From positions 32,001 to 96,000 of IMG/VR virus record IMGVR_UViG_2595698882_000001: 64,000 bases of DNA. One strand, 5' to 3'. The position numbers and the translations under genes are program-made. This document shows positions 26,801 to 36,548 of this stretch, one piece after another. Under the pieces are notes generated by a model. It had not been told where the DNA came from. It saw only the letters and a program-made list of their open reading frames with translations, and did no database searches. Numbering within the stretch: the stretch's first letter is position 1; each line of letters opens with the position of its first letter. Source of the DNA: a virus. Taxonomy: Duplodnaviria; Caudoviricetes.

Positions 26801-27537
26801 TCGGTTTTGCTGACTTAGACTTCTGGGGATGGTTTTCTAACCATCCTGTAGATACGATCAGTACGAACGAGTTAGACATCCTCGGGTTTGGTAGTGGGTT
26901 CCTCTACAATCCTGATGGGCATAACAAAGGGATTACACAAGAAATTAATGTTATTCCGGGGCAGCCATACACCTTGTCTTGGTACCTAAATAAGAGAACG
27001 AGTGGACCTGATTCATCTTATAGATTCTGGATTCAAATACTTGAAAATGACGTGATAACCCTTCAGGTAGCGGACAATAGTGCAAAGACTACTATAGGAT
27101 ACGAATCCAGTTACATGACCTATACTCCTCAATCAGACGTTATGCAGGTGAGATTCATCGGGTATGCGAATGTTGATGCAACTCTCACAGGCGTCATGCT
27201 GACAATCGGTGATGTTCCATTGAAGTGGTCCCTTTCAACTGGAGAGGTGTATAACACGAATATTCGTATGAACATCAACGGTATCCGAGTATCGCAGTTA
27301 GACGCTAATCGACAGGAAATCGGGTTCACTCAAATCACCCCGGAGGAATTTGCAGGATATTACGATACAGAAGGAAATGGCTCCTTCCAGAAGGTATTCT
27401 ACTTAAACGGGGACGAAACGGTCACTAGAAAGCTTAGGGCTACCGATTCAATTGTTATGCAGGATATTCAGATTATTAACGTTGATACAGCCGATAGGAA
27501 AGGGTGGGCGTTTATTCCGAATATTGACACGGAGTAG
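23824..27537 (+). CDS. large tail fibre / host-binding protein
   Basis: 1237 aa. Ig-like repeats, P.NP.NGTIW motif, C-terminal NLIKNS carbohydrate-binding-like domain. Confidence 0.7.
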   Translation: MSIATGQITLTDYNDAITLTGFITANSPRMQQYNPDNETFNPDWTKNPLILTASLYIMGDTDNIISSNDVQKVEWFDAANPGTPLTTGGPYSVNRETLTIKQNILSTKPAVDFICQVTYRDSTTMLDILTKMSISLSRVTNGSGITSASVWMPNGNIFKNDQIATLIAECDLWRGGVVDNTNVAYQWYNQDPSITTDQGGGLGWRKLTDSTNSGETGYTTRQLTVPASAVPSFEVYKCIVTDLNTASNTYNETFQGTAAFIDQSDPIQMSITSTGGDVFKNGVGSSDLTAHMFRAGDEIDEDGKEYTYKWYKYDKDGVLVTGFGGSNNYKTGKTITVSSDDVDTKATFLCETSAAVGQFTVYDITDVIVSATEPANPVNGTIWLNTSGQPPYRFYMYKDGVWETTDYDSLESLDPEAYDKVRDAYNAITDLDMDNRLTRYERSVVRGELANIIGTYLSSTAAMPTIEEVDASGVGALYSIRQQARDIGVSTSNTNYVRLGTAYTALRTYLSGLAIKPWDVDSDGTLDIVSEDWDNAWKDYYLAYNFLGITVTNRQKEYSDLVGEGAVQDAIKAVSNSAQFKEAPIANPMNINAPIASLGLPSFQGRHVDVWSMTPDAQANWALGGNRIKPITNPTFSSAGSVEIIGKFYGDGTNNDEFSWDKEGRPVKTTRWVDVSLDDSFTWVFGVDGTGYKQVAVPAFSAIAPVDMSVSAVKHNGNVLTTIGDTLTAADQVMLKNADSVLNITVADTDSGWGETYTPEPAEILAYFNGWKMCNGTFDQPYDGTGTKVWYPIGDLDLSRATNSNGTANPVPTDVSPTIKEQSINLYQIVYRNDTAVQEIIQFDGILSLLEGDNEVQITYPVDTPEITTGTIKYATNLATVTDNLKYWIPTLQQRVSKAEEVITDDAIINTVTQSTQYQLTLASKADTDALADYATNSDLDDLSGDIDGRINNAINAIDFSPYATKSELAQTATDITAKFQAAGGMNLIKNSIGFADLDFWGWFSNHPVDTISTNELDILGFGSGFLYNPDGHNKGITQEINVIPGQPYTLSWYLNKRTSGPDSSYRFWIQILENDVITLQVADNSAKTTIGYESSYMTYTPQSDVMQVRFIGYANVDATLTGVMLTIGDVPLKWSLSTGEVYNTNIRMNINGIRVSQLDANRQEIGFTQITPEEFAGYYDTEGNGSFQKVFYLNGDETVTRKLRATDSIVMQDIQIINVDTADRKGWAFIPNIDTE

Positions 27538-27546
27538 TTTTCAAGA

Positions 27547-27591
27547 TACTTGCTGCTTGTATGTTATAATAAATATACAGGCAGCTAAGTA
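27547..27591 (+). promoter_or_regulatory. inverted repeat with an extended -10 at its tip
   Basis: TACTT-GCTGC-TTGTATGTT pairs with AATATACAG-GCAGC-AAGTA around TATAAT. Confidence 0.5.
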
Positions 27592-27620
27592 CCTTTATAA
27601 TCTTAAATGGAGGAATGTAA

Positions 27621-30503
27621 ATGGCGTTATCAGGAACTATATCTACGTCCGTTCGTACTCACTGGAAGCTATCTGTAAGCTGGTCAGCTACCCAGAGTAT
27701 ATCGAACAACACGAGTACGATAACAGCAAAAATGTACTGGGAAGCTGTAGATGGTTATGGGGCAATTTACTCTGACGTATCAAAAAGTGGCTCTATTTAC
27801 ATTGACGGTACTTGGTACAATTTCAGCGGGGCAGGTCTAGCGAGACTTAGTCCAAACCAAAAGAAGTTAATTGCAACAAAATCTAAAACAGTAAAGCACA
27901 ACGCCGATGGTACAAAGTCATTTAGTCTAGGTGGTTGGTTTGATCCTGATGTAGACCTTGGAGGGCACCAAGGGAAGATCAGCCTTTCAAACAAGACGTT
28001 TACACTAAATACAATCCCACGTAAATCTACAATGTCCTCTGGAGGAGACTTTACAGCAGGAAGCGACCGGACAATCTCAATCTCCCGGGCATCATCTTCG
28101 TTCTCCCATAAGCTGTATATCGACATTAAAGACTCTGGAGGAAACTGGGTTAATATTAAGTCCATAAACTTCTCTAAATCGGAAACATCTAAGTCTACAT
28201 CTTTCTCGACTGATGAAAAGAAGACGATCTTCCGAGCTCTAAATGAGAGAACATCGGCGCAGATAAGGTATAATCTCCATACCTTAAGCGGCAGTAACGA
28301 TATTGGATATAATACCTACTATGGGACTGCAAATAGACCTAAGCTGAGTGTTGTCAACAAGCTTAATGGGCAGGCTGGCAGCTCTAATAGTGTATATATC
28401 GACCAGAGTTTAACAATTGACTTGACTCGATATGACAGCGAGTTCGATCATAAGGTGCAGGTCATCTGCGGATCGTTTACCAAAGAGTTTAATGGTGTAG
28501 GATACACACAGAGCTGGACTCCTACAGCGAGCGAACAATCTACACTATATGGTATACTAAATAATGTAATCAGCAAATCAGCAACCGTGAGAGTGTATAC
28601 ATACTATAATGGGGTTAGAGTAGGGTCAACAGACTACGGGATGACGTATTATGTTCGGTCTAGTAACAATAAACCTACGTTTACAGATGCAGGTATATTC
28701 TATACTGACACAAACCCGACTACATTAAATATTACAGCAGACGATCAATACATAATTCAAGGAGTATCTACTTTGAGAGTAGAAATACCTGTCGAATCTA
28801 AGGCAGTAGCTGTTAACGGTGCCACAATGAAATCATATTCTATCACAGTTAACGGTGTAACTAAAAACGTAAACTATTCTTCGACAGGAACTGTATCAGC
28901 AGACTTTGGTACAATCAACTCGGCTTCTAATGCAACAGTGAGTATCAAGGCTATTGACAGTCGAGGGTTGAGTACAGCAGTGACGAAGGTAGTGAAGATT
29001 GTTCCTTATGCGTATCCTTCTGTTACTACTACAGCTAAACGTACAAACGGGTATGAAAGGACCACAACTTTGACCCTCCGAGGGGGCTTATCTCCTATCG
29101 CAGTCAACGGTTCTAACAGAAACGCCCTAGAGTCCGCAAGGTACCGTTACAAGTTGACAGATGCTACCACTTACGGAAGCTGGAATAACTTTACAGTATC
29201 AGGATTTCCGTCATACTCTGCAACAAATGTATCTCTAGACTTAGATGAAAATGAAACATGGGATGTGCAGGTAGAAGTATCCGACTCTTTAGGGGTCACA
29301 ACGAAAACAATATCTGTATCCGCAGGTAGACCAATTATGTTCCTAGATGCCCAGCGAAAGGCAGTAGGTATCGGAGACTTCCCTTCCAATGAGTATGAAC
29401 TGAAGATCAACGGTCGGATCGTATTTGGAGCGACTATGTGGGCTTCTAACGGAGGCGGAGAGGGCTTCGGAGCTATCGACCTTAATAACTCCGACATCTC
29501 TAACGCTAACGGCATTTATTTTGCAGACGTAGCTCAAAACATGAATGGTGAAGGCTTAATGTTCTTCAAGTCAGGTTCTCCCTACGGTTCTAGTGATCCT
29601 ACTCATTATGACAACCTGATGGTTCGAGATGGTGTTTTGTATCTAAACGCCGCAGGGTCAGAGATGAAGTTAGGTAACCACCTACAAATGCAAAACTATG
29701 ACATTCGAAATGTTAACCATATCACTATCAATGACCCCGGAGGTACCGAAGGTATTGAGTGGTTAGGTGGCAGTGGATGGAAGATTGTAGAGGCACCAAA
29801 TGACTTGTCCAATGTTGGAGGACCCCTACAGTTTGCTACAGGTAACTCTCGAAAAATCACCTTCTCTACATCAGGTAATATCTATCTTGCTGGAGGTACC
29901 TTTAAAGGGGAGTCAGGAGGATACACGTACTTTGCAAGTGCTGCACAAGCCTGCCTCACCAGTGATGCTCCCGGAGGTGCTTCAATACGAGTACATGTAG
30001 ACGGTGCAGGAGGTCGTGTATGGTCAAATGACATTTATAACCGAACCTACGATAAAGCGTCTAATGTTTATATCACAACAGAGGGTACTCTTGGAAGGTC
30101 TACCTCTGCTAGTAAGTACAAAGTTTTTATAAAGAAGGTAGACACTGAGCGCTTACCTAGTAAGATTCTTGAGCTTAATCCTAAGTCTTGGTATAACAAG
30201 ACCGCAGTAGAGCTGTACGCTGATCAACTGGGAACACCGGAAGATGATCTAGAATCAGGAGAGGAAGTAGAGGAAGATATTCCGTTCATTGAAAGAAGTT
30301 ACGGTTTAATTGCGGAGGACCTTGTAGCCGCAGGATTAGATATGTTCGTTAGTTGGGGTAAAGCAGACGAAAACGGGCAAAGAGAGGTTGAAGGGATTGA
30401 GTACGATAGACTATGGGTGCTCCTAATCCCCTTAGTTAGAGAACAGAAACAACAGATTGAAGAACTACAAGAAAGGATAGCTCAGTTAGAGCTATCCAAT
30501 TAG
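27621..30503 (+). CDS. tail fibre/spike (DUF859-like) with C-terminal intramolecular chaperone
   Basis: QSISNNTSTIT..VKHNADGTKS..TLNTIPR N-terminus; RSTSASKYK..YGLIAEDL..YDRL S74-like chaperone. Confidence 0.85.
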   Translation: MALSGTISTSVRTHWKLSVSWSATQSISNNTSTITAKMYWEAVDGYGAIYSDVSKSGSIYIDGTWYNFSGAGLARLSPNQKKLIATKSKTVKHNADGTKSFSLGGWFDPDVDLGGHQGKISLSNKTFTLNTIPRKSTMSSGGDFTAGSDRTISISRASSSFSHKLYIDIKDSGGNWVNIKSINFSKSETSKSTSFSTDEKKTIFRALNERTSAQIRYNLHTLSGSNDIGYNTYYGTANRPKLSVVNKLNGQAGSSNSVYIDQSLTIDLTRYDSEFDHKVQVICGSFTKEFNGVGYTQSWTPTASEQSTLYGILNNVISKSATVRVYTYYNGVRVGSTDYGMTYYVRSSNNKPTFTDAGIFYTDTNPTTLNITADDQYIIQGVSTLRVEIPVESKAVAVNGATMKSYSITVNGVTKNVNYSSTGTVSADFGTINSASNATVSIKAIDSRGLSTAVTKVVKIVPYAYPSVTTTAKRTNGYERTTTLTLRGGLSPIAVNGSNRNALESARYRYKLTDATTYGSWNNFTVSGFPSYSATNVSLDLDENETWDVQVEVSDSLGVTTKTISVSAGRPIMFLDAQRKAVGIGDFPSNEYELKINGRIVFGATMWASNGGGEGFGAIDLNNSDISNANGIYFADVAQNMNGEGLMFFKSGSPYGSSDPTHYDNLMVRDGVLYLNAAGSEMKLGNHLQMQNYDIRNVNHITINDPGGTEGIEWLGGSGWKIVEAPNDLSNVGGPLQFATGNSRKITFSTSGNIYLAGGTFKGESGGYTYFASAAQACLTSDAPGGASIRVHVDGAGGRVWSNDIYNRTYDKASNVYITTEGTLGRSTSASKYKVFIKKVDTERLPSKILELNPKSWYNKTAVELYADQLGTPEDDLESGEEVEEDIPFIERSYGLIAEDLVAAGLDMFVSWGKADENGQREVEGIEYDRLWVLLIPLVREQKQQIEELQERIAQLELSN

Positions 30504-30514
30504 GAGGAATTAAG

Positions 30515-30724
30515 ATGTCAAATGATAGAAAAGAAAATGTCGAAAAAGTTGAAAATTCTGGGAACCCTGTGAACTACAACTACGTACTACAAGAGTACCA
30601 GCAAACCATCTCCCAACTTACCAGCGAGCTTGTGTATCTAAAAGCAAGAGTAAGAACTCTTGAGGATGAACTGCAAGAAAGTAATGATAGCGAAGAAAAA
30701 ACAGAACATAGACTAAAGAAATAA
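30515..30724 (+). CDS. small coiled-coil protein
   Basis: 69 aa, SD AGGAGG. Confidence 0.8.
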   Translation: MSNDRKENVEKVENSGNPVNYNYVLQEYQQTISQLTSELVYLKARVRTLEDELQESNDSEEKTEHRLKK

Positions 30725-30737
30725 CGGAAGGTGACTT

Positions 30738-31352
30738 ATGGATATGCCAATTTTATCATCACTTGAGAAAAAAGTTTTAGAAGTTGGTTACGATGGATTA
30801 TCTTTGAGCGAAAAGAACGATTATATTCGATTGGTAGCTTCTAGAAAACAAAAGTTAATAAACCAAGTTACAGATCAGGATTTACTGGACTACCACAAGG
30901 AATTTAAAATTTACGTTTTCCAAGTAACTTGTGACACGGAGATCGCTAGGGGCTTTACCGCTTCTAATGGTCATACCTACAGAACTAATCGAGAAGATCA
31001 AACAAACATGCTCGCAACGAAAATTCAACTATCCGAAGACCCTACCATTACTGAGGTGTATTGGTTAACACAAGATGCAGGATACCTTATGCACACTAGA
31101 GAAGAGTGGTTGAAGGTATACAACGAAGCCTTTGAGCATAAAAAGAACTTAGTATATAAGAACGGTGAACTTCGTAGAATGATCGAAAACGCCTCTACAG
31201 ACGCAGAAGTAGTAGCGATCAAATGGGAAAATCCGTTCCCTCCTGTTACTACTCCAGCTCCGGTTCCTGAACCGACACCTGAACCAGACCCAGAACCTTC
31301 TTCTGGTGAGACCGACAATTCATCCAGCTCTGAGGGTTCCGTATCTGAGTGA
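30738..31352 (+). CDS. DUF4376-like fibre-associated protein
   Basis: GF..NGH.Y..DQTN..W.T.D..I.W pattern; Pro/Glu-rich tail. Confidence 0.65.
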   Translation: MDMPILSSLEKKVLEVGYDGLSLSEKNDYIRLVASRKQKLINQVTDQDLLDYHKEFKIYVFQVTCDTEIARGFTASNGHTYRTNREDQTNMLATKIQLSEDPTITEVYWLTQDAGYLMHTREEWLKVYNEAFEHKKNLVYKNGELRRMIENASTDAEVVAIKWENPFPPVTTPAPVPEPTPEPDPEPSSGETDNSSSSEGSVSE

Positions 31353-31396
31353 CTGCGTAAGCTTCTAGGTCTACTGACTTAGATGATTTAAGGGAG

Positions 31397-31888
31397 ATGG
31401 TGGTACATATGAAGACAATACAACCCGGAGATGTTATTTTTTATAGACCTACCGGATTTATAGGATGGGCAATTAGTAAGATCACAAAATCAGAGTATAG
31501 TCATGTAGCGCTAGTCGTATCGCCGGATCATATCATTGAGGCTAATAGGTTTATAAAATCGAGGATTGCTGACTTACACTACACGAAGGAAATACATAGT
31601 GTCTATCGGTTAAATAACCTACCTGCGGACACCCGACTCAGGATTATAAACAATGCACTAACTATGCTTGATGTTAGCTATGACTATTCTCAGATATTCG
31701 GATTGCTCCTCCGTTTAGTATTCGATATAAAAACAAATGTATTCAACAAAGTTAACAAATACATCTGCTCTGAAATCATTGACAATGCTTTTGTAGCGGC
31801 AGGTGTACCGAGAAAAGATAAAGAGAATATAGGAGACATTACACCTCAAGAGCTTCTTGACAAGTATGATCTCCGCAAAGTGATCTAA
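31397..31888 (+). CDS. permuted papain-like amidase (YiiX/YebB family)
   Basis: PGDVIF, SEYSHVAL, YDY, YICSE, ITP motifs. Confidence 0.85.
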   Translation: MVVHMKTIQPGDVIFYRPTGFIGWAISKITKSEYSHVALVVSPDHIIEANRFIKSRIADLHYTKEIHSVYRLNNLPADTRLRIINNALTMLDVSYDYSQIFGLLLRLVFDIKTNVFNKVNKYICSEIIDNAFVAAGVPRKDKENIGDITPQELLDKYDLRKVI

Positions 31889-31910
31889 GACAGGTGGATA
31901 ACCTGTCTTT

Positions 31911-31920
31911 TCTTATATTA
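31911..31920 (+). promoter_or_regulatory. late promoter variant after terminator
   Basis: TCTTATATTA following the AGACAGGT/ACCTGTCT hairpin. Confidence 0.6.
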
Positions 31921-31940
31921 TTAAAGAGAGGTGAGATAAC

Positions 31941-32693
31941 ATGCCAATTTCAGACGGTAAGTCTAACTTAAGAAAAATCGCTTTCCAAATTGGTGATACA
32001 TTTTTCCGGTTCGCTATTAACCCGGAGAACATGACAAGACCAAACCCACACAGGACAACAGCTATTAAAACAAAAAGTCGAATTGTAATAGAGGACTTCC
32101 AATCAGATATCCCTACGATTACTATATCCGGTACAACAGGGTTCAATCCTACAGGGCGTGAGGAAGACAGAGGAGTCAAGAAGATCAGAGAACTAGAGCA
32201 GTTTATTCGAGACTATTCTAGTATGGGAGGTAACGGTAGAACATCTGCTGACGATTTTTACTTCCATGACTTCACAAATGACGAGAGCTATGTTGTGCAT
32301 TTATCTCCTGAAGGGATCACGTTTACACAAGATGTTAGTTCTCCACTATTATACCGCTATGAGATCAAGCTTGTGATTCTGAGACGTGCAAGTGAGCCAG
32401 CAGATGAGGACATCGTGGACCCGGAAATTGGAAATAGGTTCCCATCAATTTCTCCGGGGGATGGAAACCTGTCTCCTGACCTATTTAAGGATGACCCTCT
32501 AGAGGCTTACGATCCCTCTTCAGGAAATCCAGATGTCTATGATGGAGGTAACAGCGGGGTGTACATCCCTCCACAAGATGCGGAGCCGATAAACCCACAA
32601 GCTCCATCACCTAGTGCATATGCCTATGGGATGTCTGGGTTAGGATACGCTATAGGCTACTACGCCCGTTCGATAGGAGGTAAGATGTCATGA
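31941..32693 (+). CDS. baseplate/tube-initiator structural protein
   Basis: FAINPE, ITISGTTG, LYRYEI motifs of this syntenic family. Confidence 0.65.
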   Translation: MPISDGKSNLRKIAFQIGDTFFRFAINPENMTRPNPHRTTAIKTKSRIVIEDFQSDIPTITISGTTGFNPTGREEDRGVKKIRELEQFIRDYSSMGGNGRTSADDFYFHDFTNDESYVVHLSPEGITFTQDVSSPLLYRYEIKLVILRRASEPADEDIVDPEIGNRFPSISPGDGNLSPDLFKDDPLEAYDPSSGNPDVYDGGNSGVYIPPQDAEPINPQAPSPSAYAYGMSGLGYAIGYYARSIGGKMS

Positions 32694-33208
32694 GCTACTC
32701 AGGAGATTTAATTAGATTCATCTCAGGAATACCCGTTTTAAATGATGGGACAATTCCGCTAAATACGATTAACACCAATGAACCTTTTGTCTCTAAACTG
32801 TATGATCCCGTGTACTACCTGTCTACTCTTGCCCGGATCACCCAAGGGTATCTTACAGATGGTACAATAGAAGGAGACAACAATACTTTAGACTCTGGAA
32901 CTATTGTAAGTCAAGCACTCAATAGTGACCTGTCCTCTTACTCTCCAGACGTGTACCTGCTGCTACGGGCAGTCGTACTAGAATCCTTCTCTTTAATTTA
33001 CAACATCGAGAAGGTGCCGCAGAACTTACAGTATGTAGGGACTAGAGACATACAGAACTGCAAAACAAACTTGAACTATATTGCCGACTATTTTAGTACG
33101 GAGTCTAAGTATTACCCGTTCATCGCTAACTTGAGAGATATGAATGTATCTTTCGGGTACATCGAGAATCAAATTGATGTCATCATGATTGAAAGGGGTG
33201 GAAGGTAG
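32690..33208 (+). CDS. baseplate structural protein
   Basis: 172 aa, ATGA overlap, synteny. Confidence 0.65.
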   Translation: MSYSGDLIRFISGIPVLNDGTIPLNTINTNEPFVSKLYDPVYYLSTLARITQGYLTDGTIEGDNNTLDSGTIVSQALNSDLSSYSPDVYLLLRAVVLESFSLIYNIEKVPQNLQYVGTRDIQNCKTNLNYIADYFSTESKYYPFIANLRDMNVSFGYIENQIDVIMIERGGR

Positions 33209-33945
33209 TGAAGTTCGTAAAGCACATTATCTCATACGGGGACACCATGCAAAGCATAGCTCAGCAAGAGTTAGGGGATATGACTCAATGGGTTAGTTTA
33301 GTCAAATTCAATAACCTAAAGTACCCATACATTGTAGACACGGTAGAAGAGAAGATGAAAAACCCGGACCACTTAGTAACAATCGGGGACACTCTTCTTA
33401 TTAAGATATCCGACGATGCTCAGTCCATCCTTATTAACGAGCTGAAGCGTTCTCCTGAATACGATCAGGAAGAGTTGTATGCTCTTGCCCTTGGGAAGGA
33501 CTTAGACATTCTGCCATTACCTAGAGGCATGGGAGACCCGGGAAGAGACTCAGAAACGTTGGAGATGAAGGGCAACAGTAGGGGCGGTATCGCTACTGTC
33601 CGAGGCATTCAGAACCTGAAGCAATCCTTGTACATAAGGCTTATCACCCCTAAAGGCAGCTACGTAGGTCATCCCAATTACGGGTCTGAACTACACAAGT
33701 ATTTAGGGATGAAGAACACCGAGGAGAACGCTGCTCTAATTGACTTAGAGATCGAGAGAACATTGAGGACCGACAGCCGGGTTAAGAAAGTGACGCTTAA
33801 TCAGCACGTCCTTAAAGGAAACTCCTATGCTGTATCCTTTAGTGTTTCAACCATGTCCTTAGAGGATGCCTTTGAGTTTGTACTATCCGCACAAAACAAC
33901 GGTCCAATAGCGCTATTGGATAATTTTAATGACGCCATAAGGTGA
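33208..33945 (+). CDS. baseplate wedge protein (LysM-like plus gp25-like)
   Basis: GDTMQSIA..W..FNNL N-terminus; RLITPKGS..HPNYGS..DSRV. Confidence 0.85.
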   Translation: MKFVKHIISYGDTMQSIAQQELGDMTQWVSLVKFNNLKYPYIVDTVEEKMKNPDHLVTIGDTLLIKISDDAQSILINELKRSPEYDQEELYALALGKDLDILPLPRGMGDPGRDSETLEMKGNSRGGIATVRGIQNLKQSLYIRLITPKGSYVGHPNYGSELHKYLGMKNTEENAALIDLEIERTLRTDSRVKKVTLNQHVLKGNSYAVSFSVSTMSLEDAFEFVLSAQNNGPIALLDNFNDAIR

Positions 33946-33958
33946 AAGGAGGGTGACC

Positions 33959-35005
33959 ATGAAGTTTAAACGTATGTCAGAAATATACTCACGTTTAGTT
34001 GACTACACAATTACAAACACAAGAGAGGTTAATGACTTCTCAGTCGGTAGTGCCATGAGAGCCCTATATGAGGCTATCTCGATTGAGTTAGAACAGTTCT
34101 ATATCCTGACAGAGGAGAACATAACTGAGGCTATTGAGCAGGGCGTATACAGCTCTTTTGGCTTCACAAGGAAGAAAGCAATTCGAGCTTACGGGGTAGT
34201 ACAAATTGCTTTACATAATGCCGCACAGCAGGACATGATTGTATCCCGAGGCTCCCGGTTCACTTCTAGCGAGTCAGAGTACCCTCAAGTGTACGAGACA
34301 CTGGTTGATTACTATATCCCTAAAGGGTCCATCCTAGCTGAAGTCGAAGTTCACTGTTTGTCCCCGGGTTCTACTGGAAATATCCCTGAAAATGTACTGG
34401 ACGTTATGCAGTCTCCATTAGCAAATGTTAAGTCTGTTACAAACCCGCAGGCATTCCAAACTGGACAGGATGAGGAACCGTTAGAGGAGCTTCGTTCCCG
34501 CTTCAGATCATTCATTAAAGCATTGAGTAGAGCCACCGTTCCAGCTATCGAATATGGTGTGCGTACAGTGCCGGAAGTAGCGGGAGTATACATTGAAGAA
34601 GAGACAGGTCGAGTAAACATATATGCTCACGACCGAAATGGGAACCTTCCTGACTCTGTTAAGACTAAGATCGAGGAAGTTATGTATGAGTACCGCCCCG
34701 CAGGTATTCCGGTTCGTATCTTCCCTGTGACAAGGAAAGCCATTGATGTAGACGTTGTGGTTACCTTAACCAACAAGGCAGCCATCACAGATACCTTTAA
34801 GAAGAAAATCCAAGATGAGATCGCTAGGTACCTGAACAACATGCAAACTTCTCAGAGCCTAGTTCTGTTAGACTTATCCAGCGTTATTAAGTACATAGAC
34901 CGACAGCTGATTTACGATGTTACATTCAAGAATCCTACCGGAAACGTAACCTTGAAAGGTTCTGAAATCATCCGGGCAGGCACAATCAAAGTAACCCTAC
35001 AATAG
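33959..35005 (+). CDS. baseplate J-like protein
   Basis: DFSVGS, GSTGN, GQDEE..ELR.R, YRPAG motifs. Confidence 0.9.
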   Translation: MKFKRMSEIYSRLVDYTITNTREVNDFSVGSAMRALYEAISIELEQFYILTEENITEAIEQGVYSSFGFTRKKAIRAYGVVQIALHNAAQQDMIVSRGSRFTSSESEYPQVYETLVDYYIPKGSILAEVEVHCLSPGSTGNIPENVLDVMQSPLANVKSVTNPQAFQTGQDEEPLEELRSRFRSFIKALSRATVPAIEYGVRTVPEVAGVYIEEETGRVNIYAHDRNGNLPDSVKTKIEEVMYEYRPAGIPVRIFPVTRKAIDVDVVVTLTNKAAITDTFKKKIQDEIARYLNNMQTSQSLVLLDLSSVIKYIDRQLIYDVTFKNPTGNVTLKGSEIIRAGTIKVTLQ

Positions 35006-35020
35006 GGAGGAGGAAAATAA

Positions 35021-36523
35021 ATGTCTTTCTTAAAGCACCTGCTGCCCGGGTGGAAAAGAAACATAGAGAATAAGACCACAGCAAACGGAGCTATCCTCGC
35101 AGCTATAGACACAGAGCTTACGAGCACTGAGATTGATATGATCAATAGTAAGACGCTCATGTCCTTAGACACTGCAACAGGGAAGTGGCTAGATCAGTAC
35201 GGCTCCCTGTTCGGTGTGCTGCGGAAGGATCAGGAAAGCGATGACGATTATAGAAAACGCATCATTAGCTATGTGCTGCTAAAGAGAGGTACCATCCCTG
35301 CGATCATTGACGCTCTCAGAGACTATCTACAAGATTATAGCTCATACATAGAAGTCTACGAGCCATATACGAATGTCTTCATTCTAAACCATTCCAAACT
35401 TAACAGCAAGGACCACTTCCTTGGAGAATACTACACTGTAGCGGTAATCGACATCAAGTTTTCCCGCCCCTTCCCGGCAGACATTATGGACGTTATAAAC
35501 GAGTTCAAGCCAGCTGGAGTAACTGTAAGGTTGACGTATCAACCGGGAGCAAATAACCCTGACGCACCTATTATAGACTCTGGTATTGATGACAAAGAAG
35601 GGTTGTCAAGTATCGAATGGCTCAGAATCATGAATGGTATGAACGACCGTATTCGAGGGCATCTAAATTTAACTGCACGGTCACGGGATGATAACGACAA
35701 CAGCGGTGTCTTTAGACTTAACCATAGTAAACTGAACTCTAATGACCGTCTTGCGGGGGCGTTCTCGGTAGGTAATGCTACTTACAACCTCGCTTCATTC
35801 TCTACTGCGGACTTAGTATTTAATAACGATACAAAAATAGCAGACGTACTCAGCGAGACAGAGAACATGTCTTCAGACTTCTACACTAAGACCGGAGAGA
35901 TCAACGATCTTTATGCTGCTCAGACAGTAGATGGCACTTCTAACAGTTATTTGTATTTCACAATGGATGTAGCTACTTATTTTGATGTGAACTACAGCAG
36001 CTACCTCCGAGAGGTACAGCCAGACGGTTTATATAACAAAGACACCTATTTAGCTCTAATAGACTCTCCATACGTCCAGTACCAAATGAACGCTATGTTA
36101 CCATCTACAAAAGCAACGCAGTATAGCCTACAACTGTTCAACCTTAATACCTCAACGTGGGATATAGTGGACAGCGGTACATTAAGCGTAGCGTATACGC
36201 AAGGGAAAGCGGCTATAGCGAGTATGGGGGACTATCTATCTGACAACGGTATTCTGTTTACCCGGGTTAGTCTAGAGCCAAATACTGGCACGTTAAGTTA
36301 TGACGGCGGCACCTTCACCGACACAGAAGTGACTTCAGTTATAGACGGTGGAGACTTCAGTGCAGTAACTCCGGCAGGAACAGTAGATGGGAATGTAAGT
36401 GAACCTTATGAGTTTAGACTCGGGTTCTATGAGTTTGGATTTATGAAAGACGTAGCAGTACGACCGACTATAGCCATGGGGGAAGAAGTTACAGGAAGCG
36501 GAACATTAGTCCCTATTCAATAA
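35021..36523 (+). CDS. baseplate wedge protein (P2 gpI-like N-terminus)
   Basis: LDTATGKWLD..G..R..ESDDDYR, KPAGV; C-terminal DGG repeats. Confidence 0.8.
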   Translation: MSFLKHLLPGWKRNIENKTTANGAILAAIDTELTSTEIDMINSKTLMSLDTATGKWLDQYGSLFGVLRKDQESDDDYRKRIISYVLLKRGTIPAIIDALRDYLQDYSSYIEVYEPYTNVFILNHSKLNSKDHFLGEYYTVAVIDIKFSRPFPADIMDVINEFKPAGVTVRLTYQPGANNPDAPIIDSGIDDKEGLSSIEWLRIMNGMNDRIRGHLNLTARSRDDNDNSGVFRLNHSKLNSNDRLAGAFSVGNATYNLASFSTADLVFNNDTKIADVLSETENMSSDFYTKTGEINDLYAAQTVDGTSNSYLYFTMDVATYFDVNYSSYLREVQPDGLYNKDTYLALIDSPYVQYQMNAMLPSTKATQYSLQLFNLNTSTWDIVDSGTLSVAYTQGKAAIASMGDYLSDNGILFTRVSLEPNTGTLSYDGGTFTDTEVTSVIDGGDFSAVTPAGTVDGNVSEPYEFRLGFYEFGFMKDVAVRPTIAMGEEVTGSGTLVPIQ

Positions 36524-36548
36524 TTAACAGAGAGGTGGAGACTTACTA

